64,000 nucleotides of DNA, taken from IMG/VR virus record IMGVR_UViG_2872980847_000002, positions 6,327 through 70,326 of that record; one strand, written 5' to 3'. This document shows, piece by piece, positions 39,203 to 48,897 of this stretch (within the stretch, counting starts at the first letter, position 1; every line of letters starts with the position of its first letter). The DNA comes from a virus. Its lineage: Duplodnaviria > Caudoviricetes. Made by a program: the position numbers and the translations under genes. Below the pieces are notes generated by a model. The model was not told the DNA's origin, ran no database searches, and saw only the letters and a list, made by a program, of their open reading frames with translations.

Positions 39203-40308
39203 TGCCCGACTACCGCTACATCGCCGCCCACGCCGCCACCGGCGAAGTCATCCACTGGAACCTGCCGTTGACCGATGTGGAGTTCGGGCCGGAGAAGTCC
39301 GGACCGGGCTCGCTCAGCGCGACCCTGAACCCCACCTTCACCCACACGCTAAGCGACATGCTGGGCGACGCCGGGAACATCGTGGTCCTGGTCGAACGGA
39401 ATGCGCGGCTGCTGTGGGGCGGCGTGATCTGGCGGGCCGAACCGCAGGGCCCCAAACTCACGGTCGAGGCAGCCGGCTTCACCAGCTACCTGCACCGCCG
39501 CTTCGACCTCCACGGCGACCTCGGCGGCCGCGGCCCCTACATCGGAGCCGACCCCTGCCAGGTGATCCGCGACGCATGGGCCTACGCACAAGAGCAGCCG
39601 GACGGCGACCTCCAGGTCGTCGTGGACGACACGAAGTCGCGGGCGAAGACTGGCACCGCGAAGGACCCGTACACCACCCACAAATGGGACCCCCGCAACC
39701 TGGGGGAGATCGTGGACGAGATGGCCGACATCGGCGACGGACTGGAATGGTCCGAGACCGTCACCTGGCGCGGAAACCACGCCGAGCGGCGCATCATCCT
39801 CGGCGCACCGCGGCTCGGCCGGCGCCGCGAGGACCTGACCTTCACCACCGGCGCCAACGTCAGCGGCGAACCGCACGTCATCAACGACGCCGACGAGTAC
39901 GCCCAGTGGGTCATCGGCCTGGGCGCCGGCGAAGGCAAGAAACGCCCCGTCGCCATCGACGGGATACGCAACGGGCGGCTGCGCCTGGAACACAAACTGG
40001 AGACCAACGAGAAGGACGCGACCAAGCTGGCGCAGCGGGCCCGGCGAGAACGCCTGGCCCGGCAGATCCTGCCGACCCTCACCGAGCTGGAGATCACCGA
40101 CCACCCGGCCGCCCCCATCGAGGCGCTGCGCATCGGCGACGACGTACGCATCCGGCTGCACGAGCCCCACACCGAGTACGACGGCTGGAACCGCATCGTC
40201 GGCTGGACGGTACGACCCGGCCAGGGCGAGACCCCCGAGCGCGTCACGCTCAAGCTGGAGCGCACCGTGAAACCGGAGCAGAGCGGCGACACGAAGGGGG
40301 AGAAGTAG
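39202..40308 (+). CDS. Minor tail/baseplate hub protein
   Basis: LWGGVIW, GLGAGEG, IGDDVRI. Confidence 0.75.
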   Translation: MPDYRYIAAHAATGEVIHWNLPLTDVEFGPEKSGPGSLSATLNPTFTHTLSDMLGDAGNIVVLVERNARLLWGGVIWRAEPQGPKLTVEAAGFTSYLHRRFDLHGDLGGRGPYIGADPCQVIRDAWAYAQEQPDGDLQVVVDDTKSRAKTGTAKDPYTTHKWDPRNLGEIVDEMADIGDGLEWSETVTWRGNHAERRIILGAPRLGRRREDLTFTTGANVSGEPHVINDADEYAQWVIGLGAGEGKKRPVAIDGIRNGRLRLEHKLETNEKDATKLAQRARRERLARQILPTLTELEITDHPAAPIEALRIGDDVRIRLHEPHTEYDGWNRIVGWTVRPGQGETPERVTLKLERTVKPEQSGDTKGEK

Positions 40309-40749
40309 ATGCCGGACACGATCGCCGATCTCGCACGCCGCCTCGCCGGCCTCGAACGACGGGTCACCGCCCTGGAACGGGCCCAACGCGCCCCCTACCC
40401 GCCATGGCGTCACCTACCGCTCACGGGCCACACCGCGGTGCCCGACCCCGCACAGCGGCCACAGCTCCGCGCCAACCCGTGGAACACCCTGGAGTTCAGC
40501 GGCCGCATCGGACTTCCCGAAGGCCGGGCCGTGGACGGGTCCATCGTGGCCCTGCTGCCAGACGGTTACCGGCCCGCCGCGCCCCGCACCGTCCCTGTGG
40601 CCTCCGACGCCGCACGTCGTGAACTTCACCTCGACCTCGATCTCAAGGGCCAGGTGACCTTGCGGGTTCAAGACGGCGGGACGGTGAAGGCCACCTGGCT
40701 CAGCCTCGATGGAGCCTCCTGCCGTCTCGACGGTGACGACGAGGAATGA
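40309..40749 (+). CDS. Minor tail protein
   Basis: Coiled N-terminus, LPDGYRP, WLSLDG. Confidence 0.6.
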   Translation: MPDTIADLARRLAGLERRVTALERAQRAPYPPWRHLPLTGHTAVPDPAQRPQLRANPWNTLEFSGRIGLPEGRAVDGSIVALLPDGYRPAAPRTVPVASDAARRELHLDLDLKGQVTLRVQDGGTVKATWLSLDGASCRLDGDDEE

Positions 40750-40892
40750 GAGTCCCACCAGCGAAATCGCCGCTGGGTACGATGGCCACTGGGTGACCCT
40801 CCGCCCATGAGACACCTTCCCGAGGGACCGACCGCGGCGACCGCCCGGTCCGGCCAACTGCCTTACGGGCACGGGGAGAAGGCTCGATCCAC

Positions 40893-42134
40893 GTGGCAAC
40901 ACCACTGAGTGCGGACCAGTTCCTCGCCGCGCTGAAGCACGCCGGCCTCGGCGTCGTCGAAGTCGGCAACTGGCGCACCCATAACCGCAACACTCACGGC
41001 AACTGGGGCCCCGTGAACGGCGTGATGATCCACCACACCGGCCCCTACTCCTCCGAAGCGGACATGGCCGAGCTGTGCCGCGTCGGCTACCAAGACCTTC
41101 CGGGCCCCCTGTGCCACGGCGTCATCGACCGGTCCGGGGCGGTGCACCTGGTCGGCTACGGCCGGACCAACCACGCCGGCATGGGTGACACCAACGTCCT
41201 GCTGGCCGTCATCGAGCAGGCGACCAACCTGCCCCACAACGCAAAGGACGACACCGACGGCAACCGGCACTTCTACGGCTTCGAGTGCATCAACACCGGC
41301 GACCAGCCCTGGCCCTCCGCACAGCTGGATGCGATGGCTCGCGCCGCCGCGGCCGTGTGCCGCGCCCACGGCTGGAACGAGCACTCGGTCATCGGCCACA
41401 AGGAATGGCAGCTGGGCAAGTGGGACCCGGGCGGCCTCGACATGGACGACTTCCGCGCCCGCGTCGCCCAGCACCTCAAGGACGACGGCAGGACACCCGA
41501 CAAGCCCAAGCCTCGACCGAAGCCGGAACCAGCCCCGAAGCCGAAGGTCACCTCAAAGCCGATGCCCACGCCGCAGCCCAAGCCTGTGCCGAAGTACGCC
41601 GCCTATCCGGGCAAGCAGTTCTTCCACAACGGGCGTTCCTCGCCCGTGATCGCGGCCATGGCGAAGCGACTGATCGCCGAGGGCTGCGACGCCTACGACA
41701 CTCCACCAGGCCCGGCCTGGAGCGACGCACACCGCCGCAGCTACGCCGCCTGGCAGCTCAAGTGTGGCCACCACGGCGCCGACGCTGACGGCATTCCCGG
41801 AGAGCAGACCTGGACCCGCCTGCGCGTCCCGCACCAGGCTGGCCACGCCGAACCGACTTCGACCCCGCCCACGCAGGAGACCGACACCATGCCCAAGGCT
41901 CTGGCCGATGTCGCCGAACGCACCCTCGCGACCTACGCCCAATCCGTCCTGGGCCTGATGGCCGCCTCACACACCACCGACATGGTCTCCCTCTCCGCGT
42001 GGCAGGCTGCCGCCGTCTCCGCGATACCCGCTGCCCTGGCGGCGCTCAAATCGACCCTCGGCAGCGTGATCGGGCGGCCGGGCACCGCCTCGTGGCTGCC
42101 GCTCAAGCACGACCCGGCCACACCCAGCCGCTGA
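40893..42134 (+). CDS. Endolysin (Amidase_2 + peptidoglycan-binding) in frame with C-terminal holin
   Basis: IHHT, NHAG, GFECIN, IGHKEW..K.DP; ADGIPG..TW; no stop before holin. Confidence 0.9.
   Translation: MATPLSADQFLAALKHAGLGVVEVGNWRTHNRNTHGNWGPVNGVMIHHTGPYSSEADMAELCRVGYQDLPGPLCHGVIDRSGAVHLVGYGRTNHAGMGDTNVLLAVIEQATNLPHNAKDDTDGNRHFYGFECINTGDQPWPSAQLDAMARAAAAVCRAHGWNEHSVIGHKEWQLGKWDPGGLDMDDFRARVAQHLKDDGRTPDKPKPRPKPEPAPKPKVTSKPMPTPQPKPVPKYAAYPGKQFFHNGRSSPVIAAMAKRLIAEGCDAYDTPPGPAWSDAHRRSYAAWQLKCGHHGADADGIPGEQTWTRLRVPHQAGHAEPTSTPPTQETDTMPKALADVAERTLATYAQSVLGLMAASHTTDMVSLSAWQAAAVSAIPAALAALKSTLGSVIGRPGTASWLPLKHDPATPSR
41889..42134 (+). CDS. r1t-type holin from internal start
   Basis: AGGAGA-N8-ATG; AERTLATYAQ...AALAALKS. 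Confidence 0.75.
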   Translation: MPKALADVAERTLATYAQSVLGLMAASHTTDMVSLSAWQAAAVSAIPAALAALKSTLGSVIGRPGTASWLPLKHDPATPSR

Positions 42135-42163
42135 CCTGCACCACGAGGGGAGGGAGGAACTTC

Positions 42164-42409
42164 GTGCCCGAGGAAGAGATCGCACTGGCTCTTGCCGAGT
42201 TGCGTAGCGCGCTGGAAGTTGGGCTGGCCAGGATCGACGGGCAGCTTGCGCTGCTGGTACAGCGGTCTGACCAGACCGACAAGGCGGTGGATGACCTGGA
42301 GGCGAGGGTGACGTCACTGGAGAAGGGCCGGTGGCCGCTGCCGACCATCGCCGTCCTGGCCAGCATCACCGCGGTGGCGCTGACGTTGTTCCGTGTCACC
42401 CAGTGGTGA
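42164..42409 (+). CDS. Lysis-cassette membrane protein (coiled coil + C-terminal TM)
   Basis: GGAGG SD; LEARV.SLEKGRWPLP + TM. Confidence 0.75.
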   Translation: MPEEEIALALAELRSALEVGLARIDGQLALLVQRSDQTDKAVDDLEARVTSLEKGRWPLPTIAVLASITAVALTLFRVTQW

Positions 42410-42481
42410 AGCTGAAATCCTGGTGTCCGACCAGGCGGCTAGCGTTTTTCACCACGTGTCTTCTACGGCCTGGGGGTCTTC

Positions 42482-42940
42482 ATGGGTATCGAGCATCTGA
42501 TCATGACCGACCTGGAGTTGGACACCGCGTTGGCGGATCAGTCGATCCCGCTGGCCTTCCGCGCCGTCTGGCGGCTGCTGGCCGAATCCGATGTGCGGCT
42601 GAGGGAGGCTGTCGCGCTGAACGTGTCAGATGTCGAACTGGCCGACCACCTCGTCGTTCTCCACGACACCAAGGAAGGCGGCACGTTCGAGGCGCAGATC
42701 ACCGCCGGTACCGCCGCTGTGCTGGCTGAGTTGATCGGTTCGCGGCCGAACGGCCCGGTGTTCACCGTGGACTCCCGCCGGCTGCGCGGCCAAGAGGCGG
42801 CCGCACGGTTCCGCGCGGTGGTGGGCAAGAGCGTGCACGCCCTCCGCTTCACCCGGCAGACGCGCTGGTACCGCCTCGCCGACCAGCCCAAGGTCGTGGA
42901 ACGTGCGCAGCCTGGAGAGGACGAGGCCGCGCCCGCGTAA
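42482..42940 (+). CDS. Truncated tyrosine-recombinase-like protein
   Basis: RLREAVALNVSDV, TK, HALR; no N-terminal domain or box-II Tyr region. Confidence 0.65.
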   Translation: MGIEHLIMTDLELDTALADQSIPLAFRAVWRLLAESDVRLREAVALNVSDVELADHLVVLHDTKEGGTFEAQITAGTAAVLAELIGSRPNGPVFTVDSRRLRGQEAAARFRAVVGKSVHALRFTRQTRWYRLADQPKVVERAQPGEDEAAPA

Positions 42941-43122
42941 CGGGTGCGAAGGAGGCGATCCTCCAGGCGCATACGAACGGCCCCCGCCGGAGCGGGGGCC
43001 GTTCAGGGCCTCTTGGAGAAGACCGTGGCTCACGATAGCAGTGCCTTCACCCGGACGCCGTACCCAGTACGCGGCTACCCTGCCGGTGCACGCGCGACGC
43101 TAGACGGTGAGGGACGGGGACG

Positions 43123-43692
43123 ATGCACGGGCGCAAGCCATATCTGGTCGGGCACCAGGAGTTCGCCGCTCTGTATGGGGTGGAACCTCAGATGGTGGGG
43201 CAGTGGCTGGCTCCCAGCCGCGGCGTTTTGGACCCGGCGACCGCCATCGTCGTCTCCGGCGTCAGGTACTGGCCGCTGGGCTTCGCGTGCCGCTTCGGGA
43301 AGACCACCGCTCGCCCGAAGCTGCTCAACGTCCGCTTGAGGGAGCGGCTGATCGCCGAGCAGGGGGAGGGGTGGGAGCCCGATCTTGGCGAGGAGTTGCC
43401 GCCGATCGTCGGCCAGCACGAGATCATCGAGCTGTTCCACCTACCCTCGCAGGGCACGCTCGCCACGCGGATCGCCCAGGGGGGCTTCCCGGAGCAGGAC
43501 TGGCTGCTGTCGGGCTCGCGGCTGTGGTTGCTGGACACCGTCATTGCGGCGGTGCCCGAGCTTCGCGCGAGCGCCCGCACTGTGTCGTGGGAGGTGGACC
43601 AGAAGGTGGAGGCGGCGTTGCGGGCGGGCACGTACGACGGCCCCGGCTCGGTAGTGCTCACGCGCGGACGCCATGCCCGAAAGGGCGTCTGA
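43123..43692 (+). CDS. Tandem HTH-like protein, candidate regulator
   Basis: Duplicated LVGHQEFAALY..SGVRYW / IVGQHEIIELF..SGSRLW. Confidence 0.65.
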   Translation: MHGRKPYLVGHQEFAALYGVEPQMVGQWLAPSRGVLDPATAIVVSGVRYWPLGFACRFGKTTARPKLLNVRLRERLIAEQGEGWEPDLGEELPPIVGQHEIIELFHLPSQGTLATRIAQGGFPEQDWLLSGSRLWLLDTVIAAVPELRASARTVSWEVDQKVEAALRAGTYDGPGSVVLTRGRHARKGV

Positions 43693-43784
43693 CCTGCGAA
43701 AACACTGTACTTAGACCTTGTTTGCGAATAAGATATAGGTATGCCCTTCGGGGTGATTCCCCTTACTCGCGCAAGGAGGTAGTA

Positions 43785-43985
43785 GTGCACGTCATCTATC
43801 CATCCAGTGGCGGCGCCGTAGCCGTCATGGAGATCAAGGAGGCCGTCATGATCGAGGCGTCCCTGATGTACTACGTCGCCGCAAATCCCGACTCCAGTCT
43901 GGCCGTCCGGATGTTGCGCGACGTCGTCGACGCAAGCGAGCGGGTCGAAGGGGCCGTCAGCGCGCCCTCGGCCGCCTCGGAGTGA
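43785..43985 (+). CDS. Small hypothetical protein
   Basis: AAGGAGG SD; TAAGAT box upstream. Confidence 0.55.
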   Translation: MHVIYPSSGGAVAVMEIKEAVMIEASLMYYVAANPDSSLAVRMLRDVVDASERVEGAVSAPSAASE

Positions 43986-44091
43986 CGGCGTCGGCGTGAA
44001 GTAGCGCCTGCCGCAAGTGGGGTTGATCAATCGGGCACCATTCCCTCAAGATAGGAGACCTTGTTGATACCGGCTTCAGGGGGTGGGGTGT

Positions 44092-44436
44092 ATGACGGTC
44101 ATCCAGGACGAGATTCCCGGCCTGGTGATCCACACCGTGCGGCAACCCGACGGCAAGGCGGCAACGATCCAGGCGCAGTTCGAGACGTTCCATCAGCTCA
44201 ACCCATGGGTCCTGCGAGCCCTGGAGGAGCTGACCGCCGACTACCTGAGGCGCGGAGCCCAGCGCGTCGGCATCGGGATGCTCTTCGAGGTCCTGCGCTG
44301 GCGCTACGCCCTCGCCACGGAAGGCGACGAGTTCCGCCTCAACAACAACTTTCGCTCCCGGTATGTCCGGCTTCTTATCGACCGGCACCCGGAGTGGCAG
44401 TCCGCGTTCGAGGTCCGCGCTCTGCGGGCCGACTGA
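44092..44436 (+). CDS. Phage hypothetical protein
   Basis: FH..NPWV, FEVLRW, LNNNFRSRYVR. Confidence 0.75.
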   Translation: MTVIQDEIPGLVIHTVRQPDGKAATIQAQFETFHQLNPWVLRALEELTADYLRRGAQRVGIGMLFEVLRWRYALATEGDEFRLNNNFRSRYVRLLIDRHPEWQSAFEVRALRAD

Positions 44437-44461
44437 ACCGAACCCCTTGGAGCAACCACCC

Positions 44462-45418
44462 GTGAAACAGCAGGACGAACAGCCACCCGGCGACGCCGAG
44501 GCAACGGCGCCCGCCGTCCCTGCCGCTGAAGCCCCCTTGCCCCGCTCAGCCGCTGCGAGCGCCATCGTGCTCCGCGCCGACCAGGATGAATTCGACGCGC
44601 GGCAGGTGGCCGCACTGGCTCTGATCAGCCCCGGACTCCAGAGCGCCCCCCGAGCCCAGTTGGCCGTGTTCTTCCACTACTGCGTGCGCAGCGGCCTGGA
44701 TCCCTTCGCCCGGCAGATCTACATGATCGGCCGCAAGAACCGGGGGGAGGACAGGGAAGACAACCCGGTCAACTGGACCATCCAGACCGGCATCGATGGT
44801 TTCCGTACCATCGCGCACCGGGCAGCCGAGCGGACCGGCGAACGCATCAGCTACGAGGAGACCGTCTACTACGACGCCGAGGGCACCGCGCACGAGGTCT
44901 GGCTGGCTCCCAGCTTTCCCGCCGCCGTGAAGGTCACCGTGCTGCGGGGCACGAGCCGCTTCCCGTTCATCGCCCGCTGGGGCGAGTTCGCCCCGACCTA
45001 TTGGGACGCGAAGACCAGCCAGTACGTCGTGGCGAAGATGTGGCGCACCATGCCCGCCCACATGTTACGTAAATGCGCAGAGGCAGGCTCGTTGAGGATG
45101 GCCGCCCCGCAAGACCTGTCCGGCATGTACGTCGAAGAGGAGATGGCGCAGGCCGACGCCGAGGTCGTGGCAGGAGCCGCCGAGGATGCCGCGCAGCGTC
45201 TGCGGGCCGCCGCAGGACTGGACAACGACGGCGAGGACAACGGCAGCGAGACGCCTGAGGGCCAGGGGCCCCAGGGCGAGGAGAAGCCTGCGCCGCAGCG
45301 GGCCGCCAAGTCCTCGAAGCCGAAGCCGGAGGCGGAGGCCGACGGGCCGCCGGCGGCGCGCGAGCGTTCTACGCCCCGCAAGCGCGCTTCCTCGGCCAAA
45401 CCGCGCGCCGCTTCCTGA
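44462..45418 (+). CDS. bet: Bet/RecT-family ssDNA annealing protein
   Basis: GLDPFARQIY, IQTGIDGFR, MW..MP..MLRKCAE. Confidence 0.92.
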   Translation: MKQQDEQPPGDAEATAPAVPAAEAPLPRSAAASAIVLRADQDEFDARQVAALALISPGLQSAPRAQLAVFFHYCVRSGLDPFARQIYMIGRKNRGEDREDNPVNWTIQTGIDGFRTIAHRAAERTGERISYEETVYYDAEGTAHEVWLAPSFPAAVKVTVLRGTSRFPFIARWGEFAPTYWDAKTSQYVVAKMWRTMPAHMLRKCAEAGSLRMAAPQDLSGMYVEEEMAQADAEVVAGAAEDAAQRLRAAAGLDNDGEDNGSETPEGQGPQGEEKPAPQRAAKSSKPKPEAEADGPPAARERSTPRKRASSAKPRAAS

Positions 45419-45477
45419 CCGCCCATCCGCACTGGTGCCGCCCGCCCGGCGGGCGGCACCGCCTTCTTGGAGACGAC

Positions 45478-46611
45478 ATGACTCTCATAGATGAGCGCCC
45501 CGTCAGCTTGTGGCCCGCGGCCCACGCGGCCGACGCGCGGCGCCCCCGCTCGTTGCAAACGAAGATCGGCGCGTCCGACACCGTATGCGCACGCCGAGCC
45601 GGATACCTCCTGCACGGCATCACGCCCACCGACGGCGGCGAGAAACGCCGGGCGATCCTGGGCACCTGGCTCCACGCCGGGCTCCTGACCGCCGCTCACG
45701 AGGAGTTCGGCTGGATCATCGAGCGTCGCGTGGAGGACGCGACGATCCGCGGTCACATCGACGCGGTCCAGCTGGACAGCCACACCGCCGCGAAGCTGCC
45801 CAAACGCCTGCGCCCGAGCCTCCCGGCCGAGGAGACCACTGTGGAGGACGTAAAGACCAAGTCCACCTACCAGTGGGACAGCGTGTTGCGCTACGGCGCC
45901 AGCGACGCGGAGATCCGCCAGGTGTTCTTGTACGCAGACCTGCTGCGGACCGAGGGCTTCGCGGACATCGACGGACAGCGCCAGCTCGCCCGCATCGGCC
46001 CGGTACCGGTCGGCCGCATCCGCTTCCGGTTCATCAACCGCGACTCGGGTGACGATCACGTTCAGGAGATGCCCTATACCTCCCAGCGGGCCCGTGCGGC
46101 GCGGTGGTGGGTCGAGCAGGTGCGCTCCGCCGCCACTGCGGAGGACCTGCCCCGCACCTTCCAGGGGCCGGGCCTGTCCGTCATCTGCGACAACTGCCCG
46201 TTCAAGTCGGCCTGCTGGGGCCCGGTGGTCGCCGGCCGCCGCCCGCAGAGCATCCTGATCCGCGACGACGCCGAGCGTGAGGAGGCGCTGGCGGAGTACG
46301 TGGAGATCGGCGAGCAGATGAAGCCGCTCAAGGAGCGGCAGAGGTTTCTGCGGGCTCAGCTCGACGGCTCCGAGCCGGGTGTGTACGGCGACAACGCGCT
46401 GACCTGGAGCGGCGGCAATCCGACGAAGACCGATGACGTGGAGGGCATGGTCGCTCTGTACGAGCGGGCTGGTCTTCAGGTGCCGATGGCTCCCGACGCG
46501 GCGGCGATGAAGGCGCAGTTGAAGGCCGCCGGCGTCCCCGTGCCCGTGCGGCTCGACGCTGAGCGGCGCACCTCGGTGAGCATCAACGTCACCGCACGCA
46601 AGAAGTCCTGA
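45478..46611 (+). CDS. PD-(D/E)XK (RecB/Cas4-like) exonuclease
   Basis: IGAS..C.RR, LGTWLH, GHID, EDVKTK, Q..LY, C..CPF...C. Confidence 0.88.
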   Translation: MTLIDERPVSLWPAAHAADARRPRSLQTKIGASDTVCARRAGYLLHGITPTDGGEKRRAILGTWLHAGLLTAAHEEFGWIIERRVEDATIRGHIDAVQLDSHTAAKLPKRLRPSLPAEETTVEDVKTKSTYQWDSVLRYGASDAEIRQVFLYADLLRTEGFADIDGQRQLARIGPVPVGRIRFRFINRDSGDDHVQEMPYTSQRARAARWWVEQVRSAATAEDLPRTFQGPGLSVICDNCPFKSACWGPVVAGRRPQSILIRDDAEREEALAEYVEIGEQMKPLKERQRFLRAQLDGSEPGVYGDNALTWSGGNPTKTDDVEGMVALYERAGLQVPMAPDAAAMKAQLKAAGVPVPVRLDAERRTSVSINVTARKKS

Positions 46612-46693
46612 AACGCACGCTCCGGGAGGGGCAGAGCCGCTGCTGGCCCTGCCCCTACCCCAGTGCGGCCGGAATTGGATGTGACATGGAGAG

Positions 46694-47614
46694 GTGCGGG
46701 TGAGCATTCACCTGATGTTGGCGGCGGCCTATCTGCCCAAGGAGGTGATCAACAAGACGCAGAAGATGGTCCTGATGAAGATCGCGGATTCCGCCGACGA
46801 CCAGACGCTGCTGGCCCGTCCGGGACTGGAGCGCATGATGGCCTGGGCCGGCGTGGGGGAGAAGCAGTGCATCACCGTCGTGACCGAGCTTGTCGGCCTT
46901 GGCTTCGTCGAACGGGTGGAAGTGGGCCGCGTGGGTCGTCGTGCCGAGTACAAGGTCTTCCCGCACGGAGTGCCTCCCATCCCCACCACCGAGGAGCTGA
47001 TCGAACGGCGGCGCATCGCCCAGCGTGCGCCGAAGAATCCCCGGCTGGCCCGGCAGGCCCAGCGTCGTAAGCCGTCAGCGGCGGCACGCACGCAGCAGGA
47101 CGTTGCCGCCCGTGAGGAGGCGCGCGCCGCAATGGAGGCAGCGAACGAGGGTGGGTTGCCGCAGGGGAACCCTGGAAGCGGAGGGGAGAGGGTTTCCGGA
47201 GGGGAACCTGGCAGGTTCCCCCAGGGAAACCGAGAGGGTTCCCGTGCGGAAACCCCTTCTTTTCCTTCTCCTTCCTCATTCCTTCCTTACCCCCCTACCC
47301 CCACAGCTGGCGCTGCGAGGGAGTCTGGCGGGGCTGTTGATCGCGATCCGCCGAGCGGCTGCGTGAAGCACTCGAAGCCGGTCGGCAACTGCCGGGGGTG
47401 TGGAACGAACCCGCGTGCCGGTCGTGAGCAGGCGCGGCGTGAGGCTGCGGCAGGTCAGCACGTCTCGCAGCAGCAGTGGTTGAGGGAGTTCTTCGCCGAA
47501 CAGGCACGTCGCGTGGCTGACACGGACTCCGAAGCCCTTGAGATGGCCCGTCAGCGCACAAAGGAACTGGCCCGCTTGGGGCGCATGGAGTCGTCCAACT
47601 CGGGTTCGCTGTAG
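46694..47614 (+). CDS. Replication initiator (wHTH) with internal iterons
   Basis: KMVLMKIADSA..PGLERM wHTH; iteron block; C-terminal C..H..C..C. Confidence 0.75.
   Translation: MRVSIHLMLAAAYLPKEVINKTQKMVLMKIADSADDQTLLARPGLERMMAWAGVGEKQCITVVTELVGLGFVERVEVGRVGRRAEYKVFPHGVPPIPTTEELIERRRIAQRAPKNPRLARQAQRRKPSAAARTQQDVAAREEARAAMEAANEGGLPQGNPGSGGERVSGGEPGRFPQGNREGSRAETPSFPSPSSFLPYPPTPTAGAARESGGAVDRDPPSGCVKHSKPVGNCRGCGTNPRAGREQARREAAAGQHVSQQQWLREFFAEQARRVADTDSEALEMARQRTKELARLGRMESSNSGSL
47154..47300. repeat. Four 18-bp palindromic iterons plus pyrimidine tract (putative ori)
   Basis: GGTTNCC-N4-GGNAACC at 47154, 47191, 47214, 47237. Confidence 0.8.
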
Positions 47615-47636
47615 GCGATTTAGAAGATCGCAAACA

Positions 47637-47667
47637 TTGACGCCCCAGTGTATGCGATTAAGATATA
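47637..47667 (+). promoter_or_regulatory. Promoter TTGACG-N16-TAAGAT
   Basis: Near-consensus hexamers in AT-rich intergenic DNA. Confidence 0.7.
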
Positions 47668-47715
47668 ACTACAAGTTCGAAGCCTCTTCGAACTCCAATC
47701 CTCTTGGAGAATTCA

Positions 47716-47994
47716 GTGAAGATCCTGACCCTCGACCCCGTCGCCTACGTCGTTGTGGCCGAAGTTCTCATCGGCCCGGTGGCCGAACCCGTCTTCGGTG
47801 GCGGGCCGTTCTGCTCCATCGATTGCGCCATCGAGGGAGTGCGTGAACTTGCTGTGGGCCTCGGCATCCAGGAGGAGGGTGCGAGCTTCCTGGTTCAGGA
47901 CCTGGATCGCCCCGTCGGCTTCGTGGTCGGTCGTGGCGGGCGTATGTGGGCGGTGCAGATCCTCTCCTCCGCCGAGCTGGTCAGCCGCAACTAA
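47716..47994 (+). CDS. Hypothetical protein
   Basis: CTCTTGGAGA SD then GTG. Confidence 0.6.
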   Translation: MKILTLDPVAYVVVAEVLIGPVAEPVFGGGPFCSIDCAIEGVRELAVGLGIQEEGASFLVQDLDRPVGFVVGRGGRMWAVQILSSAELVSRN

Positions 47995-48080
47995 CAACAC
48001 CCTCAAGATAGGCGACATGGTTGAAAGGCGGGCACCCGTCGGGTGCCCGCCCCCGCAACACCCCTCTTGGAGAACACCAC

Positions 48081-48716
48081 ATGAGCCTCGCAGCACTGCC
48101 CAACCACAACCGCGTGAATGACCCGCTGTGGCGGACGCTCTTTCACCGCTACCGCCACGTCATCACCCCCCTGCGCTACAACGGCTGGACCACCGATGTA
48201 GAACTCGGCGGCGGCGAGTACGTCATCCGCGCCGACCTCGGCGACGGCACCGAACTGGTCATCGCCTCCGCCCACGCTCTGCCCGCCAACTCGGCCGACG
48301 TGGACGGCTGGACCGCGGTGCGACAGGGGATCGACAAGCCCGAGGTGCACACCGCCGTCTACGACTCCACGCCCGACGGCACCCAACGCCACCATGGCGC
48401 CAGCCTGGTCCCGCTGTTCATGCGCATCAGTGAGCTGGACGCGCCCACTGCGCCCACGCAGCTGGTCGTCTCCGCCACCCACACATCCTCCTTCGGCGTG
48501 AACCACAACCAGACCGCCGGCATCGAGGCGGCTGCGGTCGCCGCAGCCCGCTTCTTCGACTGGTCCGAGCGCCTGGTCACCGTCGAGGGCTACCAGCCGG
48601 TGTGGGAGCGCCCCGGGCGCGAAGGACACCTGCTGGCGCTGTTCGAGAACAGCGGCGACATCACCACCGTGCGCGTCACGCCCTGGCACGGTGACCCGCC
48701 GCACCCCCGGCCGTGA
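48081..48716 (+). CDS. Hypothetical protein
   Basis: CTCTTGGAGA SD then ATG. Confidence 0.75.
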   Translation: MSLAALPNHNRVNDPLWRTLFHRYRHVITPLRYNGWTTDVELGGGEYVIRADLGDGTELVIASAHALPANSADVDGWTAVRQGIDKPEVHTAVYDSTPDGTQRHHGASLVPLFMRISELDAPTAPTQLVVSATHTSSFGVNHNQTAGIEAAAVAAARFFDWSERLVTVEGYQPVWERPGREGHLLALFENSGDITTVRVTPWHGDPPHPRP

Positions 48717-48823
48717 TCTGGCTCATCGGCGCGTGCCTCCTCGGCCTGGTGGCGTTCATCGCCCTCGCCATCGAGGACACCCGCTACCACCGCGCACTGC
48801 GCGACCACGACATCACGTCCTGA
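48713..48823 (+). CDS. 36-aa membrane peptide (absent from ORF track)
   Basis: GTGA overlap; MIWLIGACLLGLVAFIALAIEDTRYHRALRDHDITS. Confidence 0.5.
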   Translation: MIWLIGACLLGLVAFIALAIEDTRYHRALRDHDITS

Positions 48824-48897
48824 CCTCCGGCCGCCCGGCCCACGCCGGGCGGCCCCTATCAACGACCCACCCGCCCAAGACGAAAGGAATATGCACC

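Noticed and set aside
38273-40749. Diversity-generating retroelement or invertible tail-fibre system
   Set aside because: No reverse transcriptase, template/variable repeat pair or invertase seen
41497-41595. AAGCC-rich repeats in the endolysin
   Set aside because: They encode an ordinary Pro/Lys linker
42482-42940. The prophage integrase
   Set aside because: Too short, lacks binding domains and a properly placed Tyr, and is far from att
45478-46611. Cas4 / CRISPR-Cas system
   Set aside because: Adjacent to bet as a phage recombination exonuclease; no array or other cas genes
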